64,000 nucleotides of DNA from Bacteroidota bacterium. GTDB taxonomy: Bacteria; Bacteroidota; Bacteroidia; Flavobacteriales; Flavobacteriaceae. Made by a program: the position numbers and the translations under genes. Shown piece by piece: positions 47,244 to 57,238 of this stretch. The DNA lies in NCBI GenBank assembly GCA_039819225.1, contig JBCBSN010000001.1, positions 1,969 to 65,968 of the forward strand, in the 5' to 3' direction. The notes under the pieces were generated by a model. It was not told the origin of the DNA and searched no databases. It saw nothing but the letters and a program-made list of their open reading frames with translations. The first letter of the stretch is position 1. The number at the start of each line of letters is the position of its first letter.

Positions 47244-48398
47244 ATGAGAAAAATTCAAATGGTAGATCTAGGAGGGCAATACCAACCTATAAAAGAGCAG
47301 ATAAACCAGTCCATTTCGGCTATTTTGGAAAGTTCGGCCTTTATTAATGGGCCAGAGGTACATGCTTTTCAAAAGGACTTGGAAGACTATCTTGGGATAA
47401 AACATGTAATACCGTGTGGCAATGGTACAGATGCCCTACAGATCGCCATGATGGGACTCGGGCTTCGACCCGGCGATGAGGTCATTACGGCGGATTTTAC
47501 CTTTGCGGCCACAGTGGAGGTCATTGCCCTATTGCAATTGACCCCGGTGTTGGTAGATGTAGATCCGGTTACCTTTAATATTGATGTGGAGGCCATAAAG
47601 AGGGCCATTACGCCAAGGACCAAGGCCATAGTTCCGGTACATCTTTTTGGGCAATGTGCCCCTATGGATGCGATTATGGCCTTGGCAAAGGAGCACGGGT
47701 TATATGTTATAGAGGATAATGCCCAGGCCATTGGTGCGGACTATAGTTCTGCCGATGGTATCAAAAAGAAAGCCGGCACCATAGGACATTTGGGCTGTAC
47801 GTCTTTTTTCCCGTCTAAAAACTTAGGTGCCTATGGCGATGGTGGTGCCATTTTTACCAATGATGATGATTTGGCCCATACCATTAGGGGCATGGTAAAT
47901 CATGGGATGTACAAACGCTATCATCACGATGTTATTGGGGTGAATTCCCGTTTGGATTCCATCCAGGCTGCTGTTTTACGGGCCAAATTGCCCAAACTGG
48001 ACGCGTACTGCACCGCACGAAGGATCGCGGCCCAAAAATACGGTGAGGCCTTTAACAAGCAGGAACATATCCTAACACCGGTAATCGTGAACAATTGCCA
48101 GGGAAGCTGTGAGAACTGTACCTGCCATGTGTTCCATCAATACACCTTACGGATAACCAACGGGAAAAGGGATGGCCTGGCGAAGCATTTGGCCGATAAA
48201 GGCATTCCTTTTGGTATTTATTATCCCATTCCTTTACACAGACAAAAGGCCTACACCGATGAACGTTATAATGAGTTGGATTTCCCGGTGACCAATCAAC
48301 TCGTAGAGGAAGTAATCTCGCTGCCCATGCATACGGAATTGGATGATGAGCAAATCAATTTTATAACCGATACCGTTATCCAATTTGTAGAGGATTGA
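47244..48398 (+). CDS. DegT/DnrJ/EryC1/StrS family PLP aminotransferase
   Basis: NGTDALQIA, VPVHLFGQ, IEDNAQA, SFFPSKNLGAYGDGGA, NSRLDSIQAA. Confidence 0.93.
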   Translation: MRKIQMVDLGGQYQPIKEQINQSISAILESSAFINGPEVHAFQKDLEDYLGIKHVIPCGNGTDALQIAMMGLGLRPGDEVITADFTFAATVEVIALLQLTPVLVDVDPVTFNIDVEAIKRAITPRTKAIVPVHLFGQCAPMDAIMALAKEHGLYVIEDNAQAIGADYSSADGIKKKAGTIGHLGCTSFFPSKNLGAYGDGGAIFTNDDDLAHTIRGMVNHGMYKRYHHDVIGVNSRLDSIQAAVLRAKLPKLDAYCTARRIAAQKYGEAFNKQEHILTPVIVNNCQGSCENCTCHVFHQYTLRITNGKRDGLAKHLADKGIPFGIYYPIPLHRQKAYTDERYNELDFPVTNQLVEEVISLPMHTELDDEQINFITDTVIQFVED

Positions 48399-48544
48399 TT
48401 TCTTGTCTATTTGGAAATGTATCGATTTTGAAGAATTGAAAATGGATTCGTTAAAATTAGAACTCACAATTTCTTTTTGAGTTCATAAACAACAAACAAT
48501 AGGCTTGAATTTGATGTTTGAGCTTGTATTTGAATTTGAATAGC

Positions 48545-49561
48545 ATGAAAATACTCGTAACCGGAGGATTGGGATTTATAGGATCCCATACCGTCGTAGA
48601 ATTACAGAACGAAGGCTTTGAAGTGGTCATCATTGATGATTGCTCCAATGCAGATGAGTCCGTTTTGGAGGGCATTGCGGCCATTACGGGGCAGCTTCCC
48701 ATTTTTGAAAAATTGGATCTCCGCGAAAAAGCGGCTATTCGGGACTTCTTTAATCGTCATGAGGATATTGCAGGTGTCATCCATTTTGCCGCCTCCAAGG
48801 CAGTAGGCGAAAGTGTGCAAAAACCCTTGTTGTACTATGAGAACAATCTGGGGACTTTGGTTTATCTACTTCAAGAGTTATCCAAAAAGAGCAAGGCCAG
48901 TTTTATCTTTAGTTCTTCCTGCACGGTTTATGGACAGGCCGATAAGATGCCCATAACGGAGGATGCCCCGGTAAAGCCGGCAGAGTCCCCGTATGGCAAT
49001 ACCAAGCAGATCGGGGAGGAGATTATCCGGGATACCTGTAAGGTTACCCCAAGTCTGCAGGCCATATCCCTGCGTTATTTTAATCCAATGGGAGCCCATC
49101 CCAGTGCGGAGATAGGGGAGCTGCCTAGAGGCGTGCCTCAAAACTTGGTGCCCTTTATAACCCAGACCGGTATGGGCCTCAGGGAACAACTTTCCGTTTT
49201 TGGGGACGACTATCCCACGGAGGACGGTACCTGTATCCGGGACTATATTTACGTAGTGGATCTGGCCAAGGCCCACGTAGTGGCCCTCAAACGATTATTG
49301 GAAAGGAAAAACACACAGAATTACGAAGTCTTTAACGTTGGAACTGGAAAAGGAAGCTCGGTTTTGGAGGTAATCCAGAGCTTTGAAAGGGTCTCTGGAC
49401 AAAAATTGAACTACAAGATTGTAAATCGTAGACCTGGGGATATTACCGCCGCCTATGCGGATACGACAAAGGCCAATTCGGTGTTGGGATGGCAATCCGA
49501 ATACAGTCTTGATCAGGCCATGAAGACCGCTTGGGATTGGGAGCAAAAGATTCGGGGTTAA
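48545..49561 (+). CDS. galE: UDP-glucose 4-epimerase
   Basis: ATG 48545 (338 aa) preferred; ILVTGGLGFIGSH, HFAASKAVGES, SSSCTVYG, YGNTK, LRYFNP, GTCIRDYI. Confidence 0.95.
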   Translation: MKILVTGGLGFIGSHTVVELQNEGFEVVIIDDCSNADESVLEGIAAITGQLPIFEKLDLREKAAIRDFFNRHEDIAGVIHFAASKAVGESVQKPLLYYENNLGTLVYLLQELSKKSKASFIFSSSCTVYGQADKMPITEDAPVKPAESPYGNTKQIGEEIIRDTCKVTPSLQAISLRYFNPMGAHPSAEIGELPRGVPQNLVPFITQTGMGLREQLSVFGDDYPTEDGTCIRDYIYVVDLAKAHVVALKRLLERKNTQNYEVFNVGTGKGSSVLEVIQSFERVSGQKLNYKIVNRRPGDITAAYADTTKANSVLGWQSEYSLDQAMKTAWDWEQKIRG

Positions 49562-49699
49562 ATTCCCGATTGGACATTACCAAAATTCTTTTCTCTGCTA
49601 TTTGGAATTTGAAATTTATTGCCGGCCGGGCAACCGGTTTGGAATGTACTTTTTTAGGCCATAGGGCCAATAGGACCAAAAGGATTCTAGATTATTATC

Positions 49700-50074
49700 A
49701 TGGATTTTACGGACAGTGGGGCACTTTTAGACGAGGCCAAGCGTCTTGATCTTTACGATGCACTGGTAGTACAATTAGAAAAAGATTTTGGATTGGCCAA
49801 TATCCCTACGAGTTTCACCGTGGAGGGTGGGCGAGAATCTTTGTTGCCCAAAGCATTGCGAGCCGCTCTACATGAAAAGCTCTATGTATTGATCCTGGAA
49901 AAGTTTGATAGATACCTAAATCTTTTATATATCATAGATGTTCCGGAAAAAGCCTTTAAGGGAATTCAAATTACAGATGCGGTAGAGGTCGCCGAGCAAG
50001 TGTGTTTTCTGGTCTTAAAAAGGGAATTTCAAAAGGTATGGTACAGGGAAAATCCGTCTTCGGGGATAGCTTAG
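49700..50074 (+). CDS. Hypothetical protein
   Basis: 124 aa ATG ORF with LYIIDVPE..KREFQKVWYR, of the kind commonly seen after galE in Flavobacteriaceae (recalled). Confidence 0.7.
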   Translation: MDFTDSGALLDEAKRLDLYDALVVQLEKDFGLANIPTSFTVEGGRESLLPKALRAALHEKLYVLILEKFDRYLNLLYIIDVPEKAFKGIQITDAVEVAEQVCFLVLKREFQKVWYRENPSSGIA

Positions 50075-50311
50075 ACGGCCAGAAGTATTCTCCTTTTTTA
50101 TTATTCATACATGAAGAAAACCTAACTAGTTATAGGGCAATGCTTGGCAAAATGAATCCTAATAAGTAAAACGTGATGTACATAAATCGGGGAGCGTGCC
50201 CTTTGAGGGTGTTTTTTAAGAATGGATTTTAAGGACATCCGAAATTCTTAAACATAACTTAATCCCAAGGTAGCCAAAAAATAGTAGTATTGTTCTAAAT
50301 AGTTACGGACA

Positions 50312-50854
50312 ATGCCCGATTTGGGAAACACGGATTTTGCACTTCTGAAAAAGGACAACGCCTTGGCCTTTAGAAGAATCTATGAAGAATTCTGGGAAGG
50401 TCTTTTTAGGGTTTCGTTCGGTATTTTACAAGATGAAGCCTTGGCCAAGGATATTGTGCAAGAGGTTTTTGTAACTATCTGGACAAAGCGGAAGACCCTG
50501 GATATTTCTCATGGCAAAGCCTACCTCTACAGGGCCGTTAAACTTCGCTGTTTTGAATACCTCAGAAAGGGAAGGATACCCCGGATCGTTTTGGATAGGG
50601 CATCGCAAATTGCCCAGGAGCATACGTTTGAGGATAACTTGGACCTAATGGATACCCAACAACGATTAGAAAAAGGAATGGCCAATATACCTAAAAAGAG
50701 TTTGCAGGTATTTAAGATGAGTCGTTTCCAAAAACTGTCCAACCAAGAAATTGCTGAAGAATTACAGGTCTCCCCTAAAACGGTGGAATATCATATTACG
50801 AAATCCCTTCGGCATTTAAGACAAGTACTTACTAGTATATACTTCTTTTTTTAG
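50312..50854 (+). CDS. ECF RNA polymerase sigma-70 factor (FecI-like)
   Basis: AKDIVQEVFVTIW, YLYRAVKLRC, VFKMSRFQKLSNQEIAEELQVSPKTVEYHITKSL. Confidence 0.93.
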   Translation: MPDLGNTDFALLKKDNALAFRRIYEEFWEGLFRVSFGILQDEALAKDIVQEVFVTIWTKRKTLDISHGKAYLYRAVKLRCFEYLRKGRIPRIVLDRASQIAQEHTFEDNLDLMDTQQRLEKGMANIPKKSLQVFKMSRFQKLSNQEIAEELQVSPKTVEYHITKSLRHLRQVLTSIYFFF

Positions 50855-50995
50855 GGTAGGTTTCCCTGTGAAGGCCCTTTGTGTTCTATGGCTTTGACCC
50901 GGATTTGGCCATTTCTATGAAAAATCTCTTTTTTTCATCTTTTTGTTTAGGGTACCTCCCCTTTTTTGCATCTACAGGGTAAAGACCCTACGGTT

Positions 50996-52000
50996 ATGGA
51001 TGAAAATAGGTTAAAGGAACTGTTGGATAACTATCTAAGCGGCAAGGGTTCCCCAGAGGAACGGCGACTTCTTGATTCCCTTTTCGAAAGCTATAAGGGC
51101 TATGCCCCTAAAGGGGAAATCTCTCCTTTGGAGATGGAGACCATGGATAGGGAACTGCTCTTTAAGGAAATTAAAGAGAGGATTCACAAGGTGGAAAACG
51201 CAACACACGGAAAAACGATACGCCCCTATTTGAGGTGGTGGGCCGTGGCGGCATCCATTTTACTTTTGGTGGGCATGGGATGGGGACTTTTATCAAACGA
51301 GAAGGATTTGAATCCTTTAGACACCGTTGTCATGCAATCCAAAAGCACCGATTGGGGGCAAAAATCCAATATCGTTTTGGCTGATGGTACAAAGGTGCGC
51401 CTTAACTCGGGTAGTACATTGGATTTTCCCCAAGACTTTAAGGGAAAAACGGAGCGGAAGGTACGTTTGCAAGGAGAGGCCTTTTTTGAGGTAACCCCAA
51501 ATCCGGACAAACCTTTTTTGATTGAGACAGATCAACTGACTACCAAAGTCCTTGGGACTTCCTTTAACATAAGGGCCTATGCCGAAGAAGACCAAGCGCT
51601 GGTGACCGTGGCGACCGGAAAGGTACAGGTGTTCAAGGAGAAATCGATAAAAGAAACGGCTAGGGTAGACTTGACCCCAAATGAGCAGGCCCTATTCCGC
51701 AAAACCCAGGATACGCTTGAAAAAAAGACCGTAGCGATCGGGCCGCATATCGATTGGAAAAACGGCATTATCCATATTACCGACCATACCTTGGGCGAAG
51801 CAGCTATGATTTTAGAAAACTGGTACGGTATAGAGATTCACTTTTCAAATGAGGAAATAGCGGGCTGCCACCTTACCGCCGCCTATGATAACCAAAGCCT
51901 AGCGGTAGTTATGGAAAGTATTGCTCGGGTAAAAGGACTGGAATACCATATGGAAGATGGGGGCAAACGTGTGGTATTTAGCGGTAAATGCAAGGATTAA
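50996..52000 (+). CDS. FecR-family anti-sigma factor
   Basis: ATG 50996 preferred; single TM; LADGTKVRLNSGS, LQGEAFFEV, VLGTSFNI, DWKNG. Confidence 0.92.
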   Translation: MDENRLKELLDNYLSGKGSPEERRLLDSLFESYKGYAPKGEISPLEMETMDRELLFKEIKERIHKVENATHGKTIRPYLRWWAVAASILLLVGMGWGLLSNEKDLNPLDTVVMQSKSTDWGQKSNIVLADGTKVRLNSGSTLDFPQDFKGKTERKVRLQGEAFFEVTPNPDKPFLIETDQLTTKVLGTSFNIRAYAEEDQALVTVATGKVQVFKEKSIKETARVDLTPNEQALFRKTQDTLEKKTVAIGPHIDWKNGIIHITDHTLGEAAMILENWYGIEIHFSNEEIAGCHLTAAYDNQSLAVVMESIARVKGLEYHMEDGGKRVVFSGKCKD

Positions 52001-52076
52001 GAACTCAAGACGAATTCAAATTACATATAACTAAAAAACGAAGCCTATGGGATAATATGAAAATGAGAAAAAAGAA

Positions 52077-52115
52077 GGCAGCCTGTACAACTTTGGCGAG
52101 TGCGGACAGACTGCC
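52077..52115 (+). promoter_or_regulatory. Structured leader hairpin (CTTTGGCGAG apex) upstream of the transducer susC
   Basis: ggcagcctgt / acagactgcc stem (1 mismatch) with an inner ac-tttggcga-gt hairpin, preceded by an A-tract and 50 nt before the ATG. Confidence 0.55.
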
Positions 52116-52165
52116 GGTAGTTCAATAATTAAGGATATCATAACCATTAAACATTTTGTGAAAGT

Positions 52166-55100
52166 ATGAATTCACTAACAATTAAACAATTTATCAAGTT
52201 GGCATTCCATTCCTTCTGTTTGCTTCTGGTAGTGGCACTTTTGAATCCTGTATTTGGTTCGGAGGCAAGGGGGCAACGTTTGGAGAACATAACCGTGAAT
52301 CTCAATTCCAGAAATGCCTCGGTCATCGAGGTATTAGAGGATATAGAGAATCAGACAGCTTTCAGCTTTGTATATGACAGAAAGGTAAACCGCCTAAGGA
52401 ATACTTACGATTTGGACTACCGTAACGTTTCGTTGCGATCGGTTTTGGAGGTATTGGCGAAGGATGCAAAACTCATTTTTAGACGGCTGAACGAAACCAT
52501 TGCCATCGAAGTCACACCGACCGCACAAGATCGTGTAGTGGAATTGCAGGCTATTACCATTAGCGGATTGGTCCTGGACGCGGAGGGGAACCCCTTGCCC
52601 GGGGCAAGTGTAGTGGAGGCAGGCACTACTAATGGTACCACAACGGATTTTGATGGCATGTTTATGATAGAGGTACAAAGTGGTATTGCTTTCCTGGAGA
52701 TATCCTATGTAGGGTTTATTCCGCAGCAGATAAAGGTAGGTAACCAAGAGTATCTGGAAATAACCTTGATCGAGGACGATTTTCAATTAAGTGAAGTGGT
52801 TGTGGTGGGCTACGGTTCTATAAACAGGGCCAATGTCACCAGTGCTATATCCTCAATTGCGTCGAACGATTTTGAGGATCTTCCGGTGACCAGTATTGAG
52901 CAGGCCATTGCCGGCCAACTTGCAGGTGTAGAGATAACCCAAAACTCGGGGCAGCCCGGTGCCGCGAATGGGATAACCATACGAGGAGTAAGTACTATTA
53001 CTGCAGGGGCCCAACCCCTGGTCGTCGTAGATGGGTTGGCTTTGGCCGAAACCACATCTTTGAATACCATCAATCCAAATGATATCGAATCGGTGGAAGT
53101 GCTAAAGGATGCCGCTTCCGCAGCCATTTATGGTTCAAGGGGGGCCAATGGCGTTATCCTCATTACCACCAAGAAGGGTCGTAAAGGCAAACCCCAATTC
53201 AGCTTTAATTCCTTCGTAGGGTTCCAGGAGGTAGCCGAAAAATTGGATCTGCTCAACGCCTATCAACATGCGGAGTTCAGTAGGGATGCTAGGAACAATT
53301 ACTATTTGCAGTTTGATGATGGTACGTTTTCAACAAACGATGACACCGCTACCAGGGAGGCCAATGCGGCAGCACTGGGCTTTAATCCCAGGAAAGCGAT
53401 TATACCCAGTTTCATGCAACCCTACCTGGATGGGGTGCAAGGTCTTACGGATACGGATTGGCAAGACGAACTGTTCCGAACGGCCTTGATCCAAAATTAT
53501 CAGCTTGGGGTAACCGGTGGGAGCGAAAATTCTTCCTATTTCATTTCCGGGGATTATTTTGACCAAGAGGGTATTGTTGAGGGTACGGATTTTGAACGTT
53601 TTAGTTTCCGCGCCAATTTTGAGACCCGATTTTCCGATAAATTCAAATTTGGGATCAATTTGGCACCCTCGCTGCAACAGGAGAATGTAGTTGAGACCGG
53701 GTTTAGCAATGGCCCCATAAATACCTTATATACGGCACTTCCCTATTTCCCTGTCCGAAACGAAGATGGTTCCTTGGCCATAAGCGATCAGACCATAGCG
53801 GCCACGGAAGGGGATCAGGCGCGAACCGAAAATCCGGTAGCTTTGGCTACATTGAACAAAGATTTTCGAAGAACCTTCGTTTTCCAAGGGGGTACTTTTT
53901 TGGAATATGAGGTAATCCCCGGTCTTAAGGCCAAAACATATTGGGGGATAGATATAACCAGTAGGAGAAGGGACGTGTTCCGACCTTCTTCCGTGGGGAG
54001 AAGAAATAATCCCGCCCCAGTAGATGCATTCGGGCTAAATTCATCCTTGGACAGGATAAACTGGTTAATAGAGAATACGGTTGATTACACAAAGATTTTT
54101 GGGGAGAAGCATAATTTCAATGCCCTTTTCGGGCTTACGTATCAAGAACAGACCGAGGATTTCAATGAAACTCGGGCTATTGGTTTTCCAAATGATTTGG
54201 TCGAAACCCTAAATGCCGGTATTGTAGATAGAGAAGCCGCATTTAGTCGTAAAAACACCTTGGTTTCCTATTTGGCCAGGGTCCAATATGATTATGATGG
54301 AAAGTATTTGTTGGCCGCGGCGATACGTCGGGATGGTTCCTCACGCTTTGGGGCGAACAACAGATTTGGAACATTTCCGTCGCTCTCTGCGGGTTATAGA
54401 ATAAGCGATGAATCCTTTTTCCCCAAGTCGGATTTTTTGAGCAACCTAAAAATTAGGGCCAGTTGGGGTTTGGCCGGGAACAATCAAATAGGGGATTTCG
54501 CCGCCCAAGCCCTGCTGGAAGAATCCAACGCCATTATCAATGGCGGTATTGCCAATGGACTTTCTACATCCACTGCGCCAAATGCAAATTTGGGCTGGGA
54601 ACAGACCAGTACCTTGGATTTTGGTTTGGATTTTGGATTTTTCAAAAATCGGTTGTCCGCCAGTTTCGATTATTATGTAGCCACCACGGATGACCTTTTA
54701 TTGGAAGTACCGGTTCCCGCCCATAGCGGATTTACCACTTCATTGCAAAATATTGGGAAGGTCGAAAATCGGGGTTTTGAAGCTACCATCAGGGCCAATT
54801 ATGAGCTGGGGCAATTAAGGGCGGTCACAAACCTAAATTTTTCCACCAACCAAAACGAAGTATTGGAATTGGGGCCGGGCCAAGAGGAAATAATCGTAGG
54901 GGGACGTTCAATTACCAGGCTAGGAGGGGAACTAGGAGCCAATTACGGATATGCGACAGATGGGATTTTTACCTCCCAGCAGGAAATTGATAGTAGGCCA
55001 AGCCTGCCCAATGCCCAAGTTGGGGAATACATATATGTAGATGCCAATGGGGATGGTGAAATAAATGCGGACGATAGGGTAGAACAAGGGTCGGTTTTTC

Positions 55101-55609
55101 CGGATTACTCCATCGGATTGAACCAAAGCTTCAGGTATAAAAATTTTGACCTCGGAATAGTAGTCCAAAGCGTGCAAGGAGTCACTATCCATAACCGATC
55201 CTCCAGCGTTCAGTTGTTTAATCCGGAAGGATGGAGCAACCAATCCCTGGAATACTTTAACAACTATTACACCCCGGAACGAGGGGAAAACGCCATCTAT
55301 GCGCGACCCAATTCCATTCCTAGGGACAATGGTTTTTATAGGGAGACGGATTTGTTGAAGGATGATGGGTCTTTTACACGGATCAGGAACATCACCCTGG
55401 GCTATACCTTGCCCAATTCCGTTGCCAAAGCATTGGATATTGTATCACTTCGGGTATATCTAAGTTCCAAGAACCCCTTCACATTTACGGATTTTAGGGG
55501 ATTCAACCCAGAGCAAAGATCGGGGGGAGCCTTAAGCCCGGTGGTCAATGATTGGGCCAACTATCCCCTGGAGCGGTCATTTGTGCTTGGTTTTAATTTG
55601 ACATTTTAA
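52166..55609 (+). CDS. susC: SusC-like TonB-dependent transducer with N-terminal STN signalling domain
   Basis: IENQTAFSFVY STN-type region; NPNDIESVEVLKDAASAAIYGSRGANGVILITTKKG; IRRDGSSRFG; YPLERSFVLGFNLTF. Confidence 0.95.
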   Translation: MNSLTIKQFIKLAFHSFCLLLVVALLNPVFGSEARGQRLENITVNLNSRNASVIEVLEDIENQTAFSFVYDRKVNRLRNTYDLDYRNVSLRSVLEVLAKDAKLIFRRLNETIAIEVTPTAQDRVVELQAITISGLVLDAEGNPLPGASVVEAGTTNGTTTDFDGMFMIEVQSGIAFLEISYVGFIPQQIKVGNQEYLEITLIEDDFQLSEVVVVGYGSINRANVTSAISSIASNDFEDLPVTSIEQAIAGQLAGVEITQNSGQPGAANGITIRGVSTITAGAQPLVVVDGLALAETTSLNTINPNDIESVEVLKDAASAAIYGSRGANGVILITTKKGRKGKPQFSFNSFVGFQEVAEKLDLLNAYQHAEFSRDARNNYYLQFDDGTFSTNDDTATREANAAALGFNPRKAIIPSFMQPYLDGVQGLTDTDWQDELFRTALIQNYQLGVTGGSENSSYFISGDYFDQEGIVEGTDFERFSFRANFETRFSDKFKFGINLAPSLQQENVVETGFSNGPINTLYTALPYFPVRNEDGSLAISDQTIAATEGDQARTENPVALATLNKDFRRTFVFQGGTFLEYEVIPGLKAKTYWGIDITSRRRDVFRPSSVGRRNNPAPVDAFGLNSSLDRINWLIENTVDYTKIFGEKHNFNALFGLTYQEQTEDFNETRAIGFPNDLVETLNAGIVDREAAFSRKNTLVSYLARVQYDYDGKYLLAAAIRRDGSSRFGANNRFGTFPSLSAGYRISDESFFPKSDFLSNLKIRASWGLAGNNQIGDFAAQALLEESNAIINGGIANGLSTSTAPNANLGWEQTSTLDFGLDFGFFKNRLSASFDYYVATTDDLLLEVPVPAHSGFTTSLQNIGKVENRGFEATIRANYELGQLRAVTNLNFSTNQNEVLELGPGQEEIIVGGRSITRLGGELGANYGYATDGIFTSQQEIDSRPSLPNAQVGEYIYVDANGDGEINADDRVEQGSVFPDYSIGLNQSFRYKNFDLGIVVQSVQGVTIHNRSSSVQLFNPEGWSNQSLEYFNNYYTPERGENAIYARPNSIPRDNGFYRETDLLKDDGSFTRIRNITLGYTLPNSVAKALDIVSLRVYLSSKNPFTFTDFRGFNPEQRSGGALSPVVNDWANYPLERSFVLGFNLTF

Positions 55610-55637
55610 TATTGACGATTCAAAGATTTTTAAAGAA

Positions 55638-57059
55638 ATGAAAAAGCTTTTACATACATATATTTCAATGCTGATGCTGACCGCGATCTTCGTAGGTTGC
55701 GAAGATCGGTTGGAGGTAAATCCAATTTCGGAAGCCAGTGCGGCCGGTTTTTTTGAGACCGAGGCCGATATTGAGCAAGGCGTGGTTTCTGCCTATGACG
55801 CCTTGCAGGAACAAGGCCAATACGGTTTTAACTTCATGTTCCTTATGGAGATAAGGGCAGATGACGCTTTTGTTGAGAGCCCTACAAACAGCAACGGGGC
55901 CCAAGGGGATATGGACTTGTTCCAAGTTTCCCCGGATAACTTTCGGATTCGGGATTCCTGGAACGGTTGTTATAATGGGATTCAAAGGTGCAATGTGGTT
56001 CTGAATAGGATCGATGCGGTTGAGATGGAAGCTACCTTAAAAAATACCCGGATAAGCGAAGTCAAGTTTGTTAGGGCATTAACCTATTTCAATTTGGTTC
56101 GCTTGTGGGGTAACGTGCCCTTAGTTTTGGATGAGACTGAAGATCCCTTTGATGCGTTTACCATTGGAAGGGCACCGGTGGCGGAAGTATATGGTCAGAT
56201 TATTGCGGATCTAAACGATGCCGTTTCCAATCTGCCCCAAGCCAACGATATTGGAAGGGCCAACAGAGGTGCAGCACAAACGCTATTGGGCAAGGTACAT
56301 CTTACCCTCGGTAATTGGGAGGAGGTCAGTACTGTTTTACAACAGGTTTCCGGATTCAGTTTACAGCCCAACTTTGCGGACAATTTTGGGATAGCCAATG
56401 AAAATGGAATTGAATCCATTTTTGAAGTTCAGTTCAGGGCAGGAAATGGTGAGGGGAGTTTATACCCCAACCAAGTAGCTCCCGTCGGTTCTGGGGAAGA
56501 GCTTTTGAACGGTATCGGTAATCAGAGAGGGGAGAATATTCCTTCCAATGCGTTATTCGATTCTTTTGAGCCAGGGGATTTAAGACGTGATGTGTCCATA
56601 GGGGTGTTATCGGATGGTACTACGAAATATGCAAATAAGTTGATCGATATACCTATACTTGACAATGACTCCGACCTTAATATCATTGTATTTAGATATG
56701 CGGATGTATTGCTCATGTTGGCCGAAGCTCTTAATGAACAGGCCTATACTCCGGACGGGGAAGCGTTCAATTTGCTGAACCAGATACGAAATAGGGCGGG
56801 GCTGCCCTCCTTGACTTCCGCCAATTTGCCCGATCAAGCTTCGTTTAGGGATGCTGTGTTGGAAGAAAGGCGACATGAGTTTGTATCCGAAAACCAGCGT
56901 TGGTTTGATCTGGTAAGAACAGGAAGGGCTATTGAGGTGATGAATTCCAGTACGGATATATTTACGGTAAGCGAGTTCCAGTTGATCTATCCCATTCCCC
57001 TGGAAGCCATTGATGCCATCAATAATCCGGACATTTTTCCACAGAATCCCGGATATTAA
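55638..57059 (+). CDS. susD: SusD/RagB lipoprotein
   Basis: Lipobox FVGC; EVKFVRALTYFNLVRLWG; RYADVLLMLAEA; ERRHEFVSENQRWFDLVR; QNPGY. Confidence 0.93.
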   Translation: MKKLLHTYISMLMLTAIFVGCEDRLEVNPISEASAAGFFETEADIEQGVVSAYDALQEQGQYGFNFMFLMEIRADDAFVESPTNSNGAQGDMDLFQVSPDNFRIRDSWNGCYNGIQRCNVVLNRIDAVEMEATLKNTRISEVKFVRALTYFNLVRLWGNVPLVLDETEDPFDAFTIGRAPVAEVYGQIIADLNDAVSNLPQANDIGRANRGAAQTLLGKVHLTLGNWEEVSTVLQQVSGFSLQPNFADNFGIANENGIESIFEVQFRAGNGEGSLYPNQVAPVGSGEELLNGIGNQRGENIPSNALFDSFEPGDLRRDVSIGVLSDGTTKYANKLIDIPILDNDSDLNIIVFRYADVLLMLAEALNEQAYTPDGEAFNLLNQIRNRAGLPSLTSANLPDQASFRDAVLEERRHEFVSENQRWFDLVRTGRAIEVMNSSTDIFTVSEFQLIYPIPLEAIDAINNPDIFPQNPGY

Positions 57060-57177
57060 GATGAGAAGAATATATAGTTTTTGAAAACCCCGGAACCCGG
57101 GTTCAACTTGGGAAATTTAATTGAAGAATCTTGTTTTCATAATTGGAAGTTTGTTTGAGTTAGTTGAGTAGGCAATG

Positions 57178-57201
57178 GGGCCTGTTTATGCAAATAGGCC
57201 C
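57178..57201 (+). terminator. Rho-independent terminator after susCD
   Basis: gggcctgttt / aaataggccc stem followed by ttttgtttt. Confidence 0.75.
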
Positions 57202-57238
57202 TTTTGTTTTAAATAAGAAAAGCTAAAAATGTAAAAAA

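Noticed and set aside
45914-50074. waaA / DegT-family / galE cluster as a novel glycan locus
   Set aside because: A common core arrangement in Flavobacteriaceae; nothing unusual seen.
50280-50302. Half-match to the Fur-like box (gttctaaatag) upstream of the ECF sigma gene
   Set aside because: Only about 14/22 matches, with the left half absent.
3795-52012. Shared 13-mer agaactcaagacg at 3795-3807 and 52000-52012
   Set aside because: Only two copies, in opposite orientation relative to the flanking genes and in different contexts; could be chance.
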